Positions 56,601 to 64,000 of a DNA stretch of 64,000 bases are shown piece after piece. The DNA is taken from the NCBI GenBank assembly GCA_963757795.1, contig CAVWSI010000019.1:11177-75176 (forward strand). Direction: 5' to 3'. The notes beneath the pieces are model-generated. The model was not told the origin of the DNA. It did no database searches and saw nothing but the letters and a program-made list of their open reading frames with translations. This stretch comes from an uncultured Solirubrobacterales bacterium (GTDB lineage Bacteria > Actinomycetota > Thermoleophilia > Solirubrobacterales > Solirubrobacteraceae). Position numbers and translations under genes: made by a program. Within the stretch, counting starts at the first letter, position 1. The number at the start of each line of letters is the position of its first letter.

Positions 56601-57574
56601 ACCGGGTGCTGGTGACGGGGGGCGCCGGCACGATCGGCTCGGCCGTCGTCCGCCGCCTACTTTCGGACAGCCGCTGGGAGGTCCGCGTCGCCGATCACCG
56701 CGACGCGCCCCAGTGGATGCGCGAGGGCTGCGAGGTCCGGACCGCCGATCTGCGCGAACCGCTGGCCGCTGGCGCGTCCGTTCACGGCTGCACCCACGTG
56801 ATCCACCTGGCCGCGATCGTCGGCGGCATCGCCAACTTCCACAAGCTGCCGTTCACCCTGTTCGAGGTCAACAACGCGCTGACCGGCGCCATCGCCCATG
56901 CCGCGGTCGCTCACGAGGTGGAGCGCTTCGTCTACGTCTCCTCCTCGATGGTGTTCGAGCGCGCCACCGAGTTCCCCACCACCGAGGCGCACGCCGAGGC
57001 TTGCCCGGCCCCCCGCTCGGCGTACGGGTTCTCGAAGCTGGCCGGCGAGGTGTACACGCGGGCCGGCCACGACCAGCACGGCCTCCGCTACACGATCTGC
57101 CGCCCGTTCAACGCCTACGGCCCCGGCGAACTGCCCGAGCCCGACGAGCCCGGCATCGCCCACGCCGTGCCCGATCTGATCTACAAGGCGCTGAGCGGCC
57201 GTCGCCCACTCCAGATCTTCGGCTCCGGCGAGCAGACCCGGACGATCACCCACGTCGACGACATCGCGGACGGCATCGTCACCGCGATGTCGGCGCCCGC
57301 CGGCGAGAACGAGGACTTCAACATCTCGGCCTCCGAGGAGCTGACCGTGGCCGAGCTGGCCCGCTTGATCTGGGAGGCATGCGGGAACGACCCGGCGCAG
57401 TTCGAGCTCGAGCACCTGCCGAGCTTCCGGGTCGACGTCCAGCGGCGTTGGCCCTCGGTGGAAAAGGCGCGACGTCTGCTCGGGTGGGAGGCGAAGGTCG
57501 ACCTGCGCGACGGGATCGCCCAGACCGTGGAGTGGCTCCGCGCCCTTGAGCGCGACGGAACGCTCAGCTCGTAA
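56597..57574 (+). CDS. NAD-dependent epimerase/dehydratase
   Basis: TGGAGTIG, HLAA, YGFSK (YxxxK), RPFNAYGPG; ATGA overlap. Confidence 0.9.
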   Translation: MNRVLVTGGAGTIGSAVVRRLLSDSRWEVRVADHRDAPQWMREGCEVRTADLREPLAAGASVHGCTHVIHLAAIVGGIANFHKLPFTLFEVNNALTGAIAHAAVAHEVERFVYVSSSMVFERATEFPTTEAHAEACPAPRSAYGFSKLAGEVYTRAGHDQHGLRYTICRPFNAYGPGELPEPDEPGIAHAVPDLIYKALSGRRPLQIFGSGEQTRTITHVDDIADGIVTAMSAPAGENEDFNISASEELTVAELARLIWEACGNDPAQFELEHLPSFRVDVQRRWPSVEKARRLLGWEAKVDLRDGIAQTVEWLRALERDGTLSS

Positions 57575-58663
57575 AGCTGAACGTGCAGCCGCGCGCCTCG
57601 AGCTCGGCGAACATCAGCGGCGGGTCGATGCAGCGCTCGGGCGGATGCGCCCCGCTGGCGGTGAGCGCGCCGCGGGCGATGAGCCGCACGCACGCCGCGG
57701 CCGGGGTGGCGGTCGAGATGACGGACCCGCCCAGGCCGAAGTGGGGCCGGGTGATCGCCCGCGCGGTGACGGCGCTCGCCGTCGCTCCCGGCGACCCTCA
57801 CGAGGTGGACCGAGACGGTCTGGTTCGACGGCGAGGCGGCCTCGCGCGCGGCGGCCGCCACCTCCTCGGCGGCCGCCTCTGCGAGGTCCTTGAGCCGGGC
57901 CAGCAGCGCCGGCGCCAGCGACAGGCGGAAGCTGGCCCGCCGGCAGCCGAAGCTCTCGCCGAAGGTGGCGAGCTCCGAGTGCAGGGTGTAGATCGTCTCA
58001 CCGGGGCCGATCGGATCGCCGTAGTCGACGATCCCGCCGGCACTGAGCGGCTCGATCTGCTCAGGTCGGGCGGCCTTCAACACGACCGGCTCGAGCGTGA
58101 GCTCGTCGATCAGCGTCTGAATCGCGTAAGGCGGGCGCATTCGCCCGTCGGCGGGCGCCGCCGGGTCGCGCCCGGCCGCGAAGACGTCGATCGAGTCGGG
58201 AGTCTGTCCGAGCCGCCGGACCGCCTCGGCCGCCATCAGGTTGGTCTTGCCCGGGCTCGACCCGATGCCGAGCACCGCGAGCCGCCCGGCCCGCTCGAAC
58301 TCGCCCGAGAGCTCGAGCTGGCGCAGTGTCATCCGGTACAGACCGCCCAGGTCGAGGTAGTGGCAGCCCGCCGTGACGCTCGCCCGCATCGCCTCCAGGT
58401 TGATTCGGTAGGAGGCGGTGTTGAGCAGGACATCCGCATCACGCAGAGCTTCCGCGAGCGCGTCGACGTCGCGCGCGTCGATGCCCGAGGCGGTCGCCTT
58501 GCCGGCGCCGTGCATCTGCGCCACCGCGCCGGCCTTCCCTGAGTCGAGGTCGAGCAGGGTCAGGCTGCGCCACCTCGTCGGACTGCGCCAGGTCGTGCAC
58601 GATGGCCGGGGCGATCGTTCCCGCCGCGCCGAGCACCGCCACCGAGACCTGCTTTCCAGCCAT
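57564..58663 (-). CDS. saccharopine dehydrogenase / carboxynorspermidine synthase-like oxidoreductase (frameshifted)
   Basis: VLGAAGTIA, HYLDLGG, GIGSSPGKTN, TLHSEL, GAHPPE. Confidence 0.8.
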
Positions 58664-58687
58664 CTCGGCGGACCGTAGCGACGCCGC

Positions 58688-58708
58688 CTTTGGACGTTAT
58701 GTCCAAAG
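58688..58708. promoter_or_regulatory. 21-bp operator-like palindrome between divergent genes
   Basis: CTTTGGAC-GTTAT-GTCCAAAG. Confidence 0.7.
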
Positions 58709-58775
58709 AGCCGATAGTTTGTGATCCACCAGCGCCTTGCTCCCCGGGGCCAGCGCGCATAAGTTTCGCATCGGT

Positions 58776-60328
58776 TTGGAGTCCGCAACCGTTCCACAGA
58801 CTGCGCCAGTCGTCGACCGGACCGCACCCGGTGCCAAGGGCCTGAAGGCCGACGCGCTCGGCTACATCTCGAACCTGGTCATCGCGGTCGCCTCGACCGC
58901 GCCCGCCTACAGCCTCGCGGCCACGCTCGGCTTCATTGTCGCCGTCGCCGGCGTCGGCGTGCACGCGCCGGCCGTGCTGGTCGTCTCGTTCATCCCGATC
59001 CTGTTCGTGTCGGTCGGCTACCGGTTCCTCAACCTCTCCGACCCGGACGCGGGGACGACGTTCGCGTGGGTCACGCGCGCCTTCGGGCCGCAGCTCGGCT
59101 GGGTCAACGGCTGGGCGATCTTCCTGGCCGACATCATCGTGATGGCCTCGCTGGCCGCCATCGCCAGCAACTACACCTTCCTTCTCTTCCGCTCCGCCGG
59201 CCCGCCGAGCAACTTCTGGCTGGTCGCCGGCGCCGTGGTCTGGATCGCCGTGATGACCTGGATCTGCTACCGCGGGATCGAGCTCTCGGCGCGGATCCAG
59301 ACGATCCTGCTCGGCCTCGAGATCTTCACCCTGGCCCTGTTCGCGGTGGTCGCGCTGGTCAAGGTCTACGGCAGCAACCCGGCCGGTTCGATTCACGTCT
59401 CGGCCTCCTGGTTCAACCCGTTCGACCTGAGCTGGGGGGCGTTGATCGACGGCGTCCTGCTCGGCATCTTCATCTACTGGGGCTGGGACTCCGGCGTCGC
59501 GGTCAACGAGGAGTCGCGCGACCGCCACCGCGGTCCCGGCAAGGCCGCGGTCGTCTCGACCCTGATCCTGCTCCTGATCTACGTCGTCGTGAGCGCGGCC
59601 GCGCAGGCCTACCACGGCACCGCCTTCCTGGCCAACAACTCCGACGACGTGCTGAACGCGCTCGGCAAGGGCGTGCTCGGCTCGGGCCTCGACAAGCTGC
59701 TGATCATCTGCGTGCTCACCTCGGCCTCGGCCTCGACCCAGACGACGATCCTGCCCACCGCCCGCACCACGCTGTCGATGGCGCGCTGGGACGCGATCCC
59801 GAAGGCGTTCGGGGACGTGCATCCGCGTTTCTTCACGCCGACCTTCTCGACCCTGCTGATGGGCGCGCTCTCGATCCTCTGGACGGTCGCGCTTCTCGCC
59901 TTCAACCCCAACCAGGACGTGCTCGGCGACACGATCTCGGCGCTGGGCTTCGCGGTCTGCTTCTACTACGGGTTCACCGGCCTGGCCTGCGCCGTCTACT
60001 TCCGCCGCGACCTGCTCAAGAGCGCCCGCAACTTCTTCTTGGCCGGCGTGATCCCGGTGGTCGGCGGCGCGATGATGGCCTACGTGGCGATCAAGGCCTA
60101 CAGCTACTACAACACGGCGGGCAACAACTACTCCAAGCCGTTCCTCGGCATCGAGACGCCGATCTTCGTCGGCATCGGCGGCCTGATCCTCGGGGTGATC
60201 CTGATGCTCGCCTCCTGGCCGTTCTTCCCGGCTTCTTCAGCCGCCGGTGGTGGCTCACCGCCGACCCCGAGGTGCTGGTGGCGGACGCCGCGCACCGCGA
60301 CGCGCCGCACTTGCCCGGCGAGCTGTAG
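58776..60328 (+). CDS. APC-family amino acid/polyamine permease (3' frameshift ~60230)
   Basis: ASTAPAYSLA, DPDAGTTFAW, FIYWGWD..NEES, about 12 TMs. Confidence 0.9.
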
Positions 60329-60598
60329 CCCGTGCTCCGCTGGACCCACGACGGGACATTTCGTTCAGGAAGCGGTCGGGATCCTGACCAGTAAGCGCTG
60401 TTAGGCGCTTGCCGAACGCTGGGTTGCGGGAATAGGTTCCCGCGCACCATGGCAACCGGCCCGACCGGGGCGGGCCCATACTCGGGAGGGCGCAAATGCC
60501 TGCCAGCGTGCCGATCTGCAACCGTCGTGCGACGTGTCGGTTGGTGATGCCTGCCTCTGTCGCCTGCCAGCGGGCTTCCGGGTCGGAGGGAGGCACGC

Positions 60599-62788
60599 AT
60601 GCGTAACCGCATCATGCGACAGCGGTTGGTGCTGCTGTCACTCTCCTGCTGCTGGTCGGCGTCCTCGGCGGCGCACCGGTGGCCAGCGCAAGCGCCAAGC
60701 GGGCCAGGGCGAGCGCGGACACCACGATCATCGGTCCGGTGTCGCCGACGTTCGTCGGCCCTGCGGCCACCGGCTGCAAGAAGGGCTGCTCGCTGCTGAG
60801 CGGTCCGTTCATCACGCCGTCGACCGCGGCGTTGCCGGCCAGGGACGGCCGGCCCTAACGCCGCAGCCGCATTCTCCGGCCCGCACGCGATGCCCGGACT
60901 CGAACGACCGCGACCCTCGGAGCGGGGTCCCCGCGCGGCGGCGACGCCATCAGCCGCCCCCACGCCGATCATCCCGACGGTCCGGTGCGAGCCGGTGGGC
61001 GCGGGATGCGACAAGATCAGCCCATCGGCGGGCGGCGCCACCGGCGTCAAGGGGCTGAACGCCGTCGACAGCGCCTCGCTGTTCACCAACGTCGCCATCG
61101 GCGACATCGAGCCGCCCGATCAGGGGCTGTGCGCGGGCAACGGGGACATCGTCGAGACCAACAACATCGGCGAGATCATGGTGTTCAACACCGCGCTCCA
61201 GCGCCAATCCGGTGCGATCCCGCTCGACACGCTGATGGGCCTGACCAATCGCGCATGGAGCAGCGGCGGAGACCCGACCTGCGAGTTCGACTCGAGCAAC
61301 GGCGGGCACTGGTTCTTCAGCGAGTTCGTCTCGGCGAGCCCCGAGGCCACCGGCGGGCCGTTCTCGGGCTGCTTTGCTGCGGTCGCCAATACGTGCTACG
61401 AGGGCATCGCGGTGAGCCAGGGCTCGAGCCCATTCGGTCCCTACTGGGTGTACTTCCTCAACGCGAACTACAACCCGAGCGAGCCCGGGGCCCCGTTCCT
61501 GCTCAACGACTTCGCGAAGATCGGGATGACCCGGGACGCCTTCCTGCTGTTCTACGACGAGTTCCCGCTCCTCGGAGGCGGGTTCGGCGGCGGCATCTTC
61601 AACGGCGCGCAGGAGTATGCCTTCGACAAGAACGCGCTCGAACACGGCCGTCACGTCACGCTGGCAGGCGGGGCGCCCAACCCCAACTTCAACGTGGCCA
61701 TCGAGAACATGGGCCGGCTCCCCACCCCGGACGGGAAGTGCGACGGTACCGGCTGCGGTACGTGCCGGCGTCGACTGCTGGTCGGCGGCGATCCCGGCGC
61801 AGCCGGCCGACGCCGGCCAGTGGGACAACCACTTCGGTGGGTCCGGGTTCATGGTCAGCGCTCTGGACTTCCAGAGCTTCTTCGGGAATCCCTCGCCGGG
61901 TGATAACCGGGTGGCGGCCTGGGACTGGACCGGGCTCAGCAACCTGAACTCGGGCGGCTGCGGGAGCTGCAGCGGCGTCAAGTTCGGCGGCCAGGTGTTC
62001 ACCCGCCAGCAGCCGTACTACGGCCCGGAGAACATCTTCGGGGTCGGCAACCTGTCTCCTCAGAAAGCCGGGCCGATTCCGCTCGGCGAGCAATGCCTCG
62101 GCCGTCGGTGCCCCGAGCCAACCCTGTCCCGAAGGTGGGATCAATCCCAACGCTGACAACATGACCCAGGTCTCGCAGGCCCAGGGTCAGCTGTGGAGCG
62201 CCCTGGACACCGAGGTCAACCAGACGTTCGCGACCACCGCCGAGATCCACAACGGCGCGGCGTACTGGGTGATCGACACCCGCTCGTTCGACCAGACCGG
62301 GCGGTTCACGATGACCAACCAGGGCTACGTGTCGGCGGCCCACGAGGACCTGGAGATGCCCGCCATGGCCGCTGAGGGCACCGGCGGCAACGGCAAGGCG
62401 ATCATGCTGTTCACGCTGAACGGCAACGGTGGGCCAGGCCATGCCGACCACGGCGGCTTCTTCCCAAGCACCGCCTACGGCCGGCTGACCGCCGACTTCG
62501 GTCGGCCTGACCGGGTCGGTGATCAACATCGCGGATCTCGGGCGCTCGCCGCAGGACGGATTCACCGAGTACCAGCCCGGCCCGGACGGCAACCCCCGGC
62601 CCCGCTGGGGCGATTACAGCTGGGGGATCTACCTGCCCGGAGGCAGCGGCCGGTTGTACTTTGCCAACGAGTACATCCAGTTCCCTAACTGCACCGGCAG
62701 CGCGTTCACGTTGACGATCGGAACCTGCGGTGGGACCAGGGACGGCCTCGCCAACTGGGGAACCTCGGTCAACTACGTCGTGCCGTAG
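60599..62788 (+). CDS. large uncharacterised secreted Cys-rich protein (several frameshifts)
   Basis: Signal-like N-terminus after RBS GGAGG; EPPDQGLCAGNG, GDPTCEFD, NDFAKIG, RWGDYS, NWGTSVN. Confidence 0.7.
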
Positions 62789-62799
62789 CGCAACATGGC

Positions 62800-62834
62800 C
62801 GCAGGGGCGCGGGCCGTTTGGCCCGCGCCCTGCC
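62800..62834. terminator. hairpin between convergent genes
   Basis: GCAGGGGCGCGGGCC-GTTT-GGCCCGCGCCCTGC. Confidence 0.6.
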
Positions 62835-62840
62835 CGGCGT

Positions 62841-63929
62841 CTACACGCCGACCAGGTCCGCGACCCGGTCGCGATGCCAGCGCGAGTCGCCGAAGGCGTG
62901 GGCGTTGGTGTGTGCGCGCTTGAGGAAGAAGTGCAGATCGTGCTCGTAGGTGAAGCCGATGCCGCCGAGCACCTGCAGGGCAGAGGCGGCGACGCGGTAG
63001 CCGGCGTCGCCCGCGTAGGCCTTGGCCATGGAGGCGGCGCGAGGGGCGGTCTCGGGCTCGTTGTCGAGCGCCCAGCCGGCCCAGTAGCAGAGTGAGCGCG
63101 ATCCCTCGACCTCGAGCAGCATCTGCGCGCACCTGTGCGACACCGCCTGGTAGGCGCCGATCGGCCGGTCGAACTGGGTACGTTCCTTGGCGTAGGCCAC
63201 CGCCATCTCCATCGCCCGCTGGGCCACGCCGACGTTCTCGGCGGCCAGCAGGGTGACGATCGCGGCGTACGCGCGCGCGATCGCCTCGGGCGCCACCTCC
63301 AGCGCCTGGACCGGCGCGCCGGTCAGCTCCGCCCGGAACAGCTTGCGCGTCGGATCGATCGCCTCCTCTACGACGAGCGTGATGCCGGGGTCCGAAACGT
63401 TGTGCTCGGCGAGGTAATGGCGCCCGTCCGCGCCCGACAAGATGACGAAGTCCGCCGACGCCGCGTCCGGCACCGCGATCTTGACGCACGAAAGCGTTCC
63501 TTCCGAATCGGGCTCGACCTCGGAGTGATCGGGCGCCCACCCCGCGTGCTCGTCCCATACGGCCAGCGTGCCGCGCGCCTCGCCGCGCGCGAGCGGCCCG
63601 AGCCACCGCTCCCGCTGCGCCTCGGTGCCGGCCGCCACCAGCATCAGCGCCGCGCACGTGTTCGAGAACCATGGGCTCGGCGCCAGCGCGTAGCCCATCT
63701 CCTCGGCGATCACGACCAGGTCGACCACGCCCAGCCCGAGTCCGTCGCTCTCCTCCGGGATGATCACCCCGGGCCACCCGAGCTCGACCAGCTCGGCCCA
63801 CTGCTCGTCGGTGAACCCCCGTTCGTCCTCGGCCAGCCGGCGCACCGTGGCGAGCGGATAGCGCGCGTCCAGGAACTCGCGGGCGGTGCGCTTGATCGCG
63901 CGCTGATCGTCGGAGAACTCGAAATTCAC
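62841..63929 (-). CDS. acyl-CoA dehydrogenase (short partner subunit type)
   Basis: MNFEFSDDQ, ELGWPG, YAKERTQFDRPIGAYQAVSH, LQVLGGIGFTYEH. Confidence 0.92.
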   Translation of the reverse strand: MNFEFSDDQRAIKRTAREFLDARYPLATVRRLAEDERGFTDEQWAELVELGWPGVIIPEESDGLGLGVVDLVVIAEEMGYALAPSPWFSNTCAALMLVAAGTEAQRERWLGPLARGEARGTLAVWDEHAGWAPDHSEVEPDSEGTLSCVKIAVPDAASADFVILSGADGRHYLAEHNVSDPGITLVVEEAIDPTRKLFRAELTGAPVQALEVAPEAIARAYAAIVTLLAAENVGVAQRAMEMAVAYAKERTQFDRPIGAYQAVSHRCAQMLLEVEGSRSLCYWAGWALDNEPETAPRAASMAKAYAGDAGYRVAASALQVLGGIGFTYEHDLHFFLKRAHTNAHAFGDSRWHRDRVADLVGV

Positions 63930-63936
63930 AGCCGGC

Positions 63937-64000
63937 TCAGCGCATCCGGGGCAGCCCGAGCACTCGCTCGGCCACGATGTTCTTGAGGATCTCGGTGGTG
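63937..64000 (-). CDS. acyl-CoA dehydrogenase, C-terminal end (partial)
   Basis: TTEILKNIVAERVLGLPRMR-stop. Confidence 0.85.
   Translation of the reverse strand, partial: TTEILKNIVAERVLGLPRMR

Noticed and set aside
55319-57574. Apparent 751-aa dehydrogenase-epimerase fusion
   Set aside because: A frameshift near 56480 joins them; the dehydrogenase C-terminus is in another frame and stops at an ATGA overlap (56597-56600)
60392-60417. TAAG-N15-GCCGAAC sigma-28-like motif
   Set aside because: Weak match ~180 nt from the start codon; chance occurrence plausible

Overview
High-GC actinobacterial chromosome segment; gene content and style suggest Thermoleophilia/Solirubrobacterales (inference). 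Many genes carry single-base indels, most likely uncorrected long-read errors, so several genes are reconstructed across frames and their ends are approximate. Metabolism: gltBD, lysA-hom-(qor)-thrC-thrB, an acyl-CoA dehydrogenase pair. DNA repair: Ku, ECF sigma + Ogt, an AddAB-like helicase-nuclease, topoisomerase III. Transport and signalling: two ABC exporters (one followed by a large DUF11 surface protein), a GGDEF-EAL protein, a SARP/BTAD-STAND regulator facing a small DUF1059-like gene, a Zn-ribbon-FHA + orphan ParA pair. Envelope: MarP, a PBP, a split PspA/PspAA + HtpX/PspAB system, a c-di-AMP riboswitch controlling an NlpC/P60 hydrolase, a CWB2-lipoprotein/nucleotide-sugar operon. Also a saccharopine-dehydrogenase-like gene and APC permease sharing a palindrome, and a large uncharacterised secreted protein. 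No rRNA, tRNA, CRISPR array, transposase or prophage was recognised. Best leads: the SARP-STAND/DUF1059 module with three 11-bp-phased repeats, a candidate terminator-ended ~165-nt structured RNA at 1640-1805, the ECF-Ogt pair, AddAB with Fe-S-type cysteines in both subunits, and the Zn-ribbon-FHA/ParA pair.
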